A DNA stretch of 64,000 nt from Squalus acanthias (lineage: Eukaryota). The notes under the pieces are model-generated. The model was not told the origin of the DNA. It was given only the letters and a program-made list of their open reading frames with translations, and made no database searches. The DNA lies in NCBI GenBank assembly GCA_030390025.1, contig CM059432.1, positions 7,440,001 to 7,504,000 on the forward strand, given 5' to 3'. Shown piece by piece: positions 37,749 through 49,854 of the stretch. Position 1 is the stretch's first letter; the number at the start of each line of letters is the position of its first letter. The translations under genes were made by a program, and so were the position numbers.

Positions 37749-38674
37749 CAAATCCAATGACCCCAGATTCCAGACCCCCCCCTGAGTGCTCCTCGGCCCC
37801 AGGACTGCTTCCAAGTGCCTCTAGACCCCAGGCATGCCTTCTAGCGCGCGCTGATCCATCATTGAGTACCACGGCAGTTTTGAATCTATCCAGTGAATTT
37901 GCTATCACTTCTCATGAATCTTAATTTTTTTTTTAACATATACATGTTTAATAATTCCCTTATCAAAATCCATGCTAATTATAGCTACTGAATGGCACGC
38001 GCCCATAAATTTAGTTACGTCTTCAAAGGGTTTCGGTAAATTGTCGAGCATGATCTACTTCTAAAACATAAGCTGACCTTATGGCCTCTGTGAATTTTAC
38101 ATGAATATTGATGGTGCTGTCGAATGCTCTCGCACGCTTTGATCACAGGGATGGTGGGGCAAGCTGATCTATAAATTTCTGTTTCAAGGTCTCATTCCTT
38201 TTTAGTTTAACATTCAGAAAACTTTCATTATCTTGCAGTCACAGCTGTAACCTTCTGTGTTTAAGGAGTTGCTAAAGAAAATGATCAGTTTCTTCTTACT
38301 GCTGTCTGCAAGAAACCTTTCTATTGTACTTTTACATCCTCTAAAACTCCCTTTAGTTAGCGTTAACTGACTTTTGTGAGAGTATGCGAAGAGATTTTCA
38401 ATATGTACTGCCACTTGAGAAGATCTGTCAGCACAATAACCTCCGCCTCTATGTTACATTGGAGACTGATCGCTACTGATTTAGTTGCAATCTAATCCCT
38501 ATGCTATTTATTATTAATAGTGAGGATTTTTGCTAGGTCTTTGAAAGTCACTAATGATTGATACACTTGCCCTTAGCTATTATAATCTCTAATATACCAT
38601 GACTTCTGATATAATGCATCCTGCTCTACTAGAAATAACCATACAAGTACTTTCACTACATTAAAAGAGTGACT

Positions 38675-39231
38675 ACCCTTCCACCATCCACAAGGCACAA
38701 GTCAGGAGTGTGATGGAATACTCTCCACTTGCCTGGATGAGTTGCAGCTCCAACAGCACTCAAGAAGCTCGACACCATCCAGGACAAAGCAGCCCGCTTG
38801 ATTGGCACCCCATCCAACCACCTTAAACATTCACTCCCTCCACCACCGGCGCACCTTGGCTGCAGTGTGTACCATCTACAAGATGCACTGCAGCAACTCG
38901 CCAAGACTTCTTCGGCAGCACCTCCCAAACCCGCGACCTCTTCCACCTAGAAGGACAAGGGCAGCAGGCTCATGGGAACACCACCACCTGCAAGTTCCCC
39001 TCCAAGTCACACACCATCCTGACTTAGAAGTATATTGCCGATCCTTCATCGTCGCTGGGTCAAAATCCTGGAACTCCCTACCTAACAGCACTGTGGGAGT
39101 ACCTTCACCACACCGACTGCGGCGGTTCAAGAAGGCGGCTCACCACCACCTTCTCAAGGGCAACTAGGGATGGGCAATAAATTCTGGCCTTGCCAGCGAC
39201 ACCCACATCCCAGGAACGAATAAAAAAAAAA
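38675..39231 (+). mobile_element. Family-X LINE 3' fragment
   Basis: Same family as 1-667, polyA tail. Confidence 0.82.
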
Positions 39232-39426
39232 GTACTTAATTGGTTGTAATGTACTTTGGGATGTCCTGAGGTTGTGAAAGACGCTATAGAAATGCAAGTC
39301 TTTTTCTTTCCTTGCCTTTCCTTTGTAACATAGGGGCCGATTTTACCCTTACCCACCCAGGCGGGTGGGCAGTTAAAATTGCCCAGGTTACTTACCCGCC
39401 CTGGAGCCGACGGGAACTGACATAAT

Positions 39427-40189
39427 GGCCTAGAAATTCGCGTGGCCGGCTTGCCGCGGGGGTAAGGATCGCGCGCGCTCTTACCCACCGCGCCTGCCGT
39501 TGTGTTTTGGGCCCACAGGAACTTCGGGTCCTGGGCCTCTCCCAAGTGCCGGCACGCAGTGCTTGCGTGTTCCAGGGGCGCAGTTAGTGCGATGCGACCC
39601 CTGGGATCACGTGGGCCATGGAGAGCCAATGGCAGCAGACCATCTTTCATTCATAGATTTGACAGGAGACCTGTGAATCTGTGAATTGAAATTGGCCCCA
39701 AAAGAACAGCTAAACTGCAAATAAATTTAAAAAAAAACATCACATTTATAAAATAATTATAGTTAAATAAATTAACCACTTTAAACAAAAATTTAAATTT
39801 TTGAAAAAATTAAAATACTTTTTAAAAGTTATAAAAATAAACTTATCTTTCTTTAAAGTATCTAAAAAAGATAAACCTGTTGAAAAAAATTTAAAATTAT
39901 AATTAATTAACCACTTACCTTGTTCAAAAGGGGTCCTTACGCCTCCTTTTTATTAGCGTAGAATCTTCAATACTTACCCTCGCGTAGAAACCTGAAAAAA
40001 AATCTAAGTGTGCTGCGTGCGCGCAGCCTCTACCGCGCACGCGGTTCACCTAGGAACTGCCCCCTTCACCATACCGGAAGTTCCGGTTTCCCGCGCATGC
40101 GCAGTGCATGCAGGAAACCGGCACTTCGGGAATGAATACGAGTGAGTACGGACTGTGTACTCACCCGGGAACGGCTGAATTTTTGGGCC
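39427..40189. mobile_element. PIF/Harbinger-like MITE, copy 1
   Basis: TIRs GGCCTAGAAATTC / GAATTTTTGGGCC; highly similar to 51521-52284; AT-rich core. Confidence 0.8.
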
Positions 40190-40610
40190 ATTAGACTTTT
40201 CACTTGCTCACTTTGGAGGTCTTTGTACACGAATCACAGAAAGTTAACATGCAGGTACAGCAAGGGGTCGGCCATTCAGGACTGAGATGAGGGGAAACTT
40301 CTTCACTCAGAGGGTTGTGAATCGTTGCGTATATTCCCACATTACAACAGTGACTCCACTTCAAAAAGTACTTCATTGGCTGTAAAGCACTTTGAGACGT
40401 CCGGTGGTCATGAAAGACGCTATATAAATGCAAGTCTTTCTTTATTATATTCAACGATATTCAAAAGGTGCCAGAGGAGTAGGTAAAGGTCAAGGTGTGA
40501 ATTTGTGATAAGGGCTTTGTGATTTATGCTGGTTACTAACAATGGTGGCTGTATATTTGTTCCCTATATCGCAGTGAGGGATAATGTAGATGGTATCATT
40601 GATATTTAAA

Positions 40611-40950
40611 TCTTCTTCTTCTTCTTAGGCAGTCCCTCGGAACTGAGGATGACTTGCTTCCACATTAAAAATGAGTTCTCAGGTGACTGATGAGTCCAAT
40701 GCGGGACCTACAGTCTCTGTCACAGGTGGGGCAGACGGTGGTTGAAGGGGCAGGTGGGTGGGGTGCTTGGGTTGGCGTGCGCTCCTTCCGCTGTTTGCGC
40801 TTGGCTTCCCGCTTGCTGCCGGCGAAGAGACTCGAGGTGTTCGGCGCCTTCCCGGATGCTTCTCCTCCACTTTGTGCGGTCTTGGGCCAGGGATTCCCAG
40901 GTGTCGGTGGGGATGTTGCATGTTTTCAAGGAGGCTTTGAGGGTGTCCTT
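40611..40950 (-). mobile_element. RTE-clade LINE 3' end
   Basis: KDTLKASLKTCNIPTDTWESLAQDRTKWRRSIREG motif, (AAG)n tail. Confidence 0.78.
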
Positions 40951-41199
40951 GAAATTTAAATACAGTTCACTTGACGCACGTGCACATTGAGTGCAGGAAG
41001 GGGGTTATAGGTCACGGCTATCTTACCTTTGCTGTTCTGCTGAGGCCATTGAAATTTCTTTCTACACTGGGGAGGAGTCCTGGGTATCACCAATGAGGCA
41101 CTGACTTTCATCTGAAATCTCCCTCCCTGTCACATGGTCATAGCGGTTTCCTGCCCACGACCCCACGCAGTCAGTCCATCCAGCTTCTCTTCACTTCCA

Positions 41200-41580
41200 A
41201 TAACAACAGTAACAACTTGCATTTATACAGCGCCTTTAAAGTGGTAAAATGTCCCACGGCGCTTCACAGGAGCGTTATCAAACTGAATTTGACACCGATC
41301 CACAAAAGGAGTTATTGGTCAAAGAGGTAGGTTTTAAGGAGCGTCTTAAAGGAGGAGAGAGAGGTCGAGGTGCGGAGAGGTTTAGGGAGGGAATTCCAGA
41401 GCTTGGGGCCTAGGCAGCTGAGGGCACGGCCGCCAATGGTGGGGCGATGAAAATCGGGGGAGGCACAAGAGGCCAGAATTGGAGAAGTGCAGATATCTCG
41501 GAGGATTGCAGGGTTGGAGGAGGTTACAGAGATAGGGAGCGGCGAGGCCATGGATGGAGGGACTTGAAAACAAGGATGGG
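41200..41580 (-). mobile_element. L2 LINE 3' end
   Basis: IGGRALSCLGPKLWNSLP..FKTLLKTYLFDQ. Confidence 0.8.
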
Positions 41581-41689
41581 AATTCCAGCAAAACCTCGAC
41601 TCCAGGCTCCTGAAGTTGAATGCTCACTTCTTTGCTTTCACTTCCATGCCTGCTGCTCCCAGTTGTGCTCCTTCTTCCAGTACTGCCAT

Positions 41690-42808
41690 ACCGGGGCTAA
41701 AAGGGTTAAATTATGAGGTCAGGTTGCATAGACTAGGCTTGTATTCCCCTGAGTATAGAAGATTAAGGGGTGATCAAATTGAGGTGTTTTATATGGTTAA
41801 AGGAGTTGATAGGGTAGACAGAGAGAAACTATTTCCTCTGGTGGGGGGGGGGAGTCCAGAACAAGGGGGCGTAACCTTAAAATTAGAGCCAGGCTGTTCA
41901 GGGGTGACGTCAGCAAGTACTTCTTCACACATAGGGTAGTGGAAGTATGGAACGCTCCCCCTCAAAGAGCTGCTGAGGCTGAGGGTCAATTGAGAATTTC
42001 AGGATTGACATTGGTGGATTTTGGTTAGACAAGAGTATTAAAGGTTATGGAACCAAAGCGGGTAGATGGAGTTGAGATACAGATCAGCCGTGATCTAATT
42101 GAATAGCAGAACAGGCTGGAGGGGCTGAATGGCCCACTCCTCTTCCTATGTTCCGAACCCCTTTAAGGAGAAGGTTTTACATCTTGTTGCTGCACCAGAT
42201 CTCTGCTATTTTCACCGCCTGCCCCCATGGATTCTAGTCACGATACTTCTTCTTGGGTCGGGATCCTGCCTCAGCCTGAGATTTCACCCCACCCCCCCAC
42301 ATCCCCCGCCCACATATCTGTGGCATGGCAGGTTAGATATTCAAAGTAGTTGACCCCCCCCCGCGACCCCAGGTTGGGCCTATACTCATTGGAATTTAGA
42401 AGAATGAGAGGTGGTCTTATTGAAACATATAAGATACCGAGGGGGCTCGACAAGGTAGATGCAAAGAGGATGTTTCCCCTCGTGGGGAAATCTAGAACGC
42501 GGGGGCACAGTCTCAGAATAAAGGGTCGCCCTTTTAGAACTGAGATGAGGAGGAATTTATTCTCTCAGCGGGTCGTAAATCTGTGGAATTCTCTGCCCCA
42601 GAGAGCCGTGGAGGCTGGGTCATTGAATACATTTAAGGTGGAGATAGACAGATTTTTGCAAGATAAGGGAGTGAAGGGTTATGGGGAGCGGGCAGGGAAG
42701 TGGCTTTGAGCCCAAGATCAGATCAGCCATGATCTTATTGAATGGCGGAGCAGGCTCGAGGGGCCAAGTGGCCGACTCCTGCTCCTGTTTCTTATGTTCT
42801 TATGTTCT
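41690..42808 (+). mobile_element. Two CR1 3' ends (41690-42152, 42372-42808)
   Basis: ORF2 C-terminal motifs and 3' tails. Confidence 0.82.
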
Positions 42809-43315
42809 ATTAGTGTCAACACTACAGCGAAACGGTGGAATAAAGCCCCACCCTGTCACGCTTCCCGGAGTGCAACAGCGTCCTTGGAAGTTCTAGGCTG
42901 TGGTGTACAGATTGCCAGTACGTGCACCTTTTTTTTTAAAGGCTAGCTGACTGAACTTAGCATGTGCTGACATAGAATGCACCCAGTGATGCTCTCGGTA
43001 TGTCAACGTGAGGTTTTTAATGAACATGTCAAAACCTTGAATCAGGTTTAGATATGATCGCTCCAGGGTTGCCTGAGGCATCGGCTTTCATGCGGTGAGG
43101 AGCTGCATGTGATGACTCGCCGTGCTCCGTGACAGGGAAGTCATTTAGCTGACGCCAGCCAAGAAAACCAGTTGCAAGCCTACCACTTGTTAAACCTTCT
43201 CTCCGATAAAGTGAGATATTTCCTGTGTCATTTTCTTTTATTTTTATCATGATACAAATTTTTTAAGTGTCGGGTTGGATTAAATTCTCTGAGTTGTGGG
43301 AGTTTGGAGAACGTT

Positions 43316-43790
43316 GGGCTGGATTTTCAATGACCCGTGGAGTCGGGTTTGGAGGCGTGTGGGGGGTTAAATTTGCAGATTCAGGGGTCCCGACCCCATC
43401 CCGACTCCAACACGCCTCCACGCAATTTTGACAAAATCGGTCGCGGGGTTCCCGACTCCGTCCCGCCTCCAAGAGGCGGGGGACGCCATTAAAGCCCTTA
43501 ACAAGCCCTAAATTGGCTCTGTAATGCCATTTTGAAACGTTTTAGCTAGTTTAACCCTTTTCCGATGTGAGTACGCCTGATGTGAAACACTCCAGTGAAA
43601 CCTGGCGGGAGCACAAGTGGATAGCTGACTATCAGCTGCAGGTCCACTATTACAATGGAGATGTGATGAAGGTAGTAGTAGTATTGTGATGAAGGTAGTA
43701 GTAGTATTAGGTCTGAAAGTCACCTCTGATGCTGCTGCATTGAATGTCTTCAGAGACTGCCTGGCCTTGCTGTGAGAGGACCTGGATGGA

Positions 43791-43826
<36 letters not shown>

Positions 43827-44101
43827 AGCTGCTCATTTTGCATCCAGGTCCACTCACAGCAAAGGCCAAGCAGTTTCTGAGACCAGGCACTCAGTCTCCG
43901 ACCTGCAATGATGACATCATCAGAGGCGACTTTCAGACTGAAACCACTAATTGGTTCATGGGTTCCCACATGCTGGAACTCAATTGCCCAATTAAGTTAA
44001 AATTGCATCATTCATCCACATCACTCTGGAGTCGGGGGGGGGGGGGAACACGAAATGCGGGTAACACGACCCCAACCCGACCCCAAGACAAAATCCAGCC
44101 C
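43316..44101. mobile_element. Harbinger-like MITE containing a (TC)n microsatellite
   Basis: Perfect TIRs GGGCTGGATTTT / AAAATCCAGCCC, the same TIR as 47342-48186. Confidence 0.75.
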
Positions 44102-44634
44102 AAAGTCTATTACGATACGGTAATAACTGTTGCTGGTGAATGCTCAGGCACAAACGTGGCACACTGGCCGTAGCAATTTATTCAGTTCTCTGTGTAAACC
44201 CAACTTGCTGCAACGAGCGGGGCAAATGTTCAACTTTTGTTGTCTTTTGGACTTAAAGGAGCAGTGGTGGGGCCGTGCCAAGGGGAATGACCGGGGTGGG
44301 AGAGAGGTCGGGATTTACTGGGGGCAAAGACATTAAAAAGCGGAGGTGAGGGAATGATTGAGCAGACCGACAGCTGCAGAAGTATCGTAGCAAATGGAGG
44401 AGCAAAGGCTACATCGTTGGGAGTTTGAAAGTGCCGTTGTCAATGGCTTATGGGGAGAGTTTTATCCTGGGGTGGGCACAGAAGGAAGTGGGCTTGGCAG
44501 CGGGATGTGAGTGGAGAGCGACACATGGAAGTCCACTGATAGACAGTTTTGAGAAAAAAATAAATTCCAGAAAAACATCCAATAAAAACACCATTTCACT
44601 AAGTTATTGTAAATGAATTGGTCCAATAGTAATA

Positions 44635-45420
44635 AGAACATAAGAAATAGGAGCAGGAGTAGGCCATTCGGCCCTGCGAGCCTGCTCCGCCATTCAATGA
44701 GATCATGGCTGATCCTCTATCTCAATACCATATTCCCGCTCTCTCCCCATACCACTTTCCTGCACTATTCCCATATCCCTTGATTCCCCTAGTATCCAAA
44801 AATCTATTGATCTCTATCTTGAATATACTCAACGACTGAGCATCTACAGCCATATAGGCCTATTCTCCTCAATCTCTCCTCATAGGACAATCCCCCCATC
44901 CCAGGGATCAGTCTGGTGAACCTTTGTTGCACTCCCTCTAAGGAAAGTATATCCTTCCTTAGGTAAGGAGACCAAATCTGTACACAATACTCCAGGTGCG
45001 GCCGTTCACCTTTGTGCAGTAACGTTTCGTGATCTACTGAGATCATTGAAAGGTTTGCAGCACTGCAGCCTGGTCCTCCTGACCACATCCCTGCTTCTGT
45101 CCTCCTGTGCAATGTGCAACCAGGTTGTGTTGGTCTCCTGGGGAGGTCTCTTCCACCCATTGGAAGGGAAGAGAACGTCCCTGCATGCTGTGACTCCCTC
45201 CATAAGCACCTATACTCCAATCCCTTTGTAACTAAAGCTAATATACCATTTGCTTTCCTAATTGCTTGCTGTACCTGCATGTTAACTTTCTGTGATTCAT
45301 GTACAAGGACACCCAGGTCCCTCTAAATACCCAGTCTCTCACCATTTAAAAAATATTCTGTTTTTCTATTTTTCCTACCAAAGTGGATAACTTCACATTT
45401 CCCCACATTATACTCCATCT
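44635..45420 (-). mobile_element. CR1 3' fragment carrying an inverted templated insert (45004-45208)
   Basis: MQVQQAIRKANG and HLEYCVQIWSPYL separated by foreign sequence. Confidence 0.85.
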
Positions 45421-45424
45421 GACA

Positions 45425-46900
45425 CCTTGGCTGCGGTTTCGCCTACCGAGGCGGGCTAAGTGCGGCCGAGGTAGGTGGCGGACTGCGACCCCGCTCCTGG
45501 TTCCATCGCGCTCTGTTGAAGGGATTTTGCCCTGATTGGGCTTGTTAAGCCTGCCCTGCGAGGTTCCCAGCCAATTGAAAGGAAGCGGGTCTGATGATGT
45601 CATTTGATGACACGTCATCAGCCGGTTTCCTTAAAGCGACCATGGCCACATTGATTTTGACATTTGTGCTGTCAGTGTTCTACAGCATTGAGGTGCTGCA
45701 AACTCTGACAAGCACTGCACAAAGGTGAACGGCTGCACCCAGGCTCTCCCATGACTCCCTCCGTATGCTTATGGAGGGAGTCACAGCATGCAGGGAGGTT
45801 CTCTTCCCTTCCAATGGGTGGAAGAGACCTCCCCAGGAGACCAACACAATCTGGTTGCACATTGCACAGGAGGGCAGAAGCAGGGATGTGGTCAGGAGGA
45901 CCAGGCTGCAGTGCTGCAAACCTTTCAATGATCTCAGTAGATCACGAAACGTTACTGCAAATCCACACCCAACCTCATCCTGCTGTGCTACTCATCACAT
46001 CCCCATCACTCTACCTTCCCTACCCTACTCCTGCACATCCTTACTCACACCAACTTACCTTGCACCTCCACCCATCCCTCTCTATCTACATTATCACTTC
46101 CCCATCTCACTAGCCACCCCTCACACTCACCCTCATCCTAGTCCAATCACACCAACTAACAACACACAAGGGTAGGCACTTGGGTCTTTTAGCCAATGTT
46201 CATGTAGAGTTTCTGTTAATGTGGTGTCATACATTGAAATCTTTATTTTGAACACTTTGCCTTCTTGGACAGATTTGTGTGCACCTTTGGAAGTGTCTTA
46301 GTGAGTTCCAGTGAATGGTGAGACATAACGGCACCCCCCACAATGCTGATGAGTGTGAAAGGAATGGCTTGGGCATTGTAGGGGTGCTTTATGGTGCTGG
46401 TGTGGGATGGTGCCAACCTGGCGCATCATCTGGCAGCCAGGATGTGCAGCGCCAAGTGAAGTAAATCTGGCCATGGTGAGGCCATCCCTGGCGTCCCGGG
46501 CAGCAATGTTGTCGGGTGCTGATGCCCTGTGTCCTGTGCAGCATCAGTTGATTGTGGAGAAGGTTGGTGTTGTTGTTGGTGCTGCTGGTGTTGCAGTTGA
46601 TCGTGGTGGGATTCAGAGGACCAAGATGAGATTTTTTCAAGAGCACCGATGTTGCTGGAATAGATGACAGCTGAAGTTGAGATGACAGAAGCGATCTGTC
46701 AATGATGAAAGAGCTTGCTCCAAGGCGGTGACAGTGGATAGAGAGTTCGCTCCAAACACTTCCAAACTGCATAAAGCTCAAAAGTGTCTTCCAAATCCTG
46801 AAGGCTCAAGCTTCTAACGCTGGGAAGTGAACAGCTGTGAAATGGTAGCTTTTATACCACTTTTGCAGCTGTCACCTATTCACAGCAATGGAGAGTCATT
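45425..46900 (+). mobile_element. Harbinger-derived remnant with a Myb/SANT-like DNA-binding ORF fragment
   Basis: 45725-45950 reads AAPRLSHDSLRMLMEGVTACREVLFP...WLHIAQE...RTRLQCCKPFNDL, typical of the Harbinger accessory Myb-like protein. Boundaries approximate. Confidence 0.65.
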
Positions 46901-46907
46901 GAAAACT

Positions 46908-47010
46908 CAGTTCTGACGAAAAGTCATCGACCTGAAACGTGAACTCTGTTTCTCTCTTCACAGATGCTGCCTGACCTGCTGAGTATCTCCAGCATTTTCT
47001 GTTTTTACTT
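46908..47010 (+). mobile_element. Penelope-like end fragment with a degenerate hammerhead motif
   Basis: AGTT-CTGACGA-AAGTC atc GACCT-GAAAC-GTG-AACT. Confidence 0.7.
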
Positions 47011-47212
47011 GTGAGTACCGATTTGTGTTCGCTGTCTAATAGCCCGGCTTCCCTCCGTTGCTCGTCTTCGTCCGAAAGGCACAATTACACAGCTGTACCC
47101 AATAGAAAACCCATCGCGGCCTCATTAGAACGGGGGGGGGTTGGTTTAGGGAGGGAATTCCAGAGCTTAGGCCCTAGGCAGCTGAAGGCACGGCCGCCAA
47201 TGGTGGGGCAAA

Positions 47213-49090
47213 GCGGTTATGTTACTGGACTAGTACTCCAGAGGCCTGGACTAATGATCTGAGAGATGCGAGTTCAAATCCCACCGCGACAGCCGTGGAA
47301 TTTAAATTCAGTTAATTAAATAAATCGGGAATAAAAAGCTAGGGCTGGATTTTCTCAGCCCCGAGGAGGCAGGCATGGAGGCGGGACTGCCGGTAAAGTA
47401 GCAGAAAGTGGGGGCGGATGGCAAACCCACCCCCATCCCGCCTCCGTGCCCTTTTGCCAGGAGGCGGGAAGATGTGCTGCTTCGGGTCCCGTCTCCTGGA
47501 GGCGGGAAAGGGATTAAATCCTTTTAACTGCCTGTTAACAGGTAGTTAACAGGCAGAAAAAAGGATTAGTGCAATTTTACCTTCTCAGGTGAAGGCTTCC
47601 CGACCTCGGAGAACCCCGTCGGGTTGGAGGAGATGTGAAGGAGGTCTGCGGCGGTCGGAGGAACCTGGAAGTAAGGTGTAGAGGTGAGTGATGGGTGCAA
47701 GTGTGGAGTGGTAAGTATGCAAGGTGAGTGATAAGTGTTTAAAAATGTTCATTTACCTTGTTTTCTTCCTACAGCCGTCATCCACCCTGGATCGGGAGAC
47801 CCGACATCTTTCTTGTCAATTTCACAGACTGGCTGTTGGATCCTCTGAACCAACAGCCATCTGAAATTGACAAAGTTGAAAGGTTTGATGAGTCCTGAAC
47901 ACAAGGGCTCATCAAACTACAGAGAATGTCAGCGTTTGACAGCTTCACAGAGCTGTCAAACGCTGACATTTCTTCTTTCAAGAAGTCTTGACAGATAGCA
48001 CGTCTGACGTTGACGTGCTCTGTCAGTGACTTCCCCCTAAATGGCCTGCTGAGCCCGCAGGGCGGGCTTAACAAGGTCAATCAGGGGAAAATCCCTCTGG
48101 TTGGTCAGAAGATGATGGAGGCGGGACATTGACCCGACAAGCAGCAGTCCTGCCTCCAACTCGTCTCCATTGAGAAAATCCAGCCCCTAGTTTCAGTAAT
48201 GGTGGTCATGAAACTACCGGATTGTCGTAAAAACCCATCTGGTTCACTAATGCCCTTTGGGAAGAAAACATGCCGTCCTTACCCAGTCTGGGCCTATATG
48301 TGACCCCAGACCCACAGCAATGTGGTTGACTCTTAATTGCCCTCCGAAATGGCCCAGCAAGCCATTCAGTTGTACACAACTGCTACGAAAAACAATAATA
48401 AGAATAAAACCGGACGGACCACCCGGCATCGACCTCAGCACCGGCTTCGGATACAATAAAGGCCCACCCAGCCCAGTCGACCCTGCAAAGTCCTCCTCAC
48501 TAACACCTGAGGACTTGTGCCAAAATTGGCAGAGCTGTCCCACAGACTAGTCAAGCAACGGCTTGACATAGTCATACTCACAGAATCATACCTTTCAGCC
48601 ACTGTCCCAGATTCCTCCATCACCATCCCTGGATATGTCCTGTCCCACCGGCAGGACAGACCCACCAGGGGTGGTGGCACAGTGGTATACAGTCGGGAGG
48701 GTGTGGCCTTGGGAGTCCTTAACATTGACTCCGGACCCCCATGAAGTCTCATGGCTTCAGGTCAAACATGGGCAAGGAAACCTCCTGCTGATTACCACCT
48801 ACCGACCTCCCTCAGCTGATGAATCAGTACTCCTCCGTGTTGAACACCACTTGGAAGAAGCACTGAGGGAAACAAGGGCACAGAATGTACTCTGGGTGGG
48901 GGACTTCAATGTCCATCGCCAAGAGTGGCTCGGTAGCACCACTACCGACCGAGCTGGCCGAGTCCTGAAGGACATAGCTGCCAGACTGGGCCTGTGGTGA
49001 AAGAACCAACACGAGGGAAAAACCTACTTGACCTCGTCCTCACCAATTTACCTGTCGCAGATGCATCTGTCCATGACAGCATTGGTAGGA
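47213..49090 (+). mobile_element. 5' part of a LINE with a tRNA-derived head and AP endonuclease ORF, interrupted by a MITE
   Basis: Head 47213-47341, body 48187-48372, then a frameshifted APE (DIVILTESYL, RGGGTVVY, TYRPP, GDFN, EPTRGKNLLDLVL) from about 48490. Confidence 0.78.
47342..48186. mobile_element. PIF/Harbinger-like MITE with 3-bp TSD CTA
   Basis: TIRs GGGCTGGATTTTCTCA / TGAGAAAATCCAGCCC; CTA at 47339-47341 and 48187-48189. Confidence 0.85.
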
Positions 49091-49854
49091 AATGCGGCAA
49101 CCAATATACTCACAGCAAGCTCCCACAAACAGCAATATCACTGTGCTATTTTTAGTGATGTTGGTTGAGGGATAAATATTGGCCAGGAGAACTCCTCTGC
49201 TGTTCCTCAAAATAGTGCCTTGGGATCTTTTATGTCCACCTGAGAGGGCAGACGGGGGCCTCGGTTTAACGTTGCATTCAAAGGACAGCACCTCCGACAG
49301 TGCAGCGCTCCCCTGAGGGTTTCAGCATGGTGTTATGTACTCAAGTCTCTGGAGTAGGGAATTGAAGCCACAGATCTTCTGACTCAGAGGGGGGGAGTGC
49401 TGCCCACTGAGCCGCAGGTGACACTTGCATTTCTCGGCAGAAACGTAGGTGATACTACAATAGCAACACTTGATTATGTGGTTAATATGTTGAACAATTT
49501 CTCCTTGCCTTAATAAAAAAAAATCAAAGTGTCACCAGCAGTCTTTCCTCAGGCCTTTCGCTCTCAGTGGGGAATCCACTCAGTCTAGAGTTTACCTTTA
49601 ACTGCAGGAAACACATATTCTCATCTCTCTGAGGTATTTTTTAAAACGGCTCCTACTGTGCTGGTTGAGATCACACCATAAGCCGGATGGCCTTGTCCTC
49701 CTTCCTCCCCTGTGGTTTGCTGGCTGTGCAATGGAGTGATTTCTAACCTGAAAGGCTGCCCAGCGAGCAGTGGCGAACAACATAATCAAATGCGAGTCAA
49801 AGAGAAACCAACAATATGCACAAGAGAAATACATTCGAGAGAAACCTTGTGAAA

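Noticed and set aside
38078..38168. Additional minus-strand exon
   Set aside because: The splice signals are weak and the phase is incompatible with the next candidate exon.
41025..41110. Minus-strand host coding exon with GTAAG donor
   Set aside because: It matches the end of the Harbinger Myb-like domain (PRTPPQCRKKF), so it is a transposon remnant.
45765..46175. Host MSANTD/NAIF1-like gene
   Set aside because: The Myb-like segment is short and degenerate, is followed by low-complexity sequence, and recurs as broken copies in transposon context.
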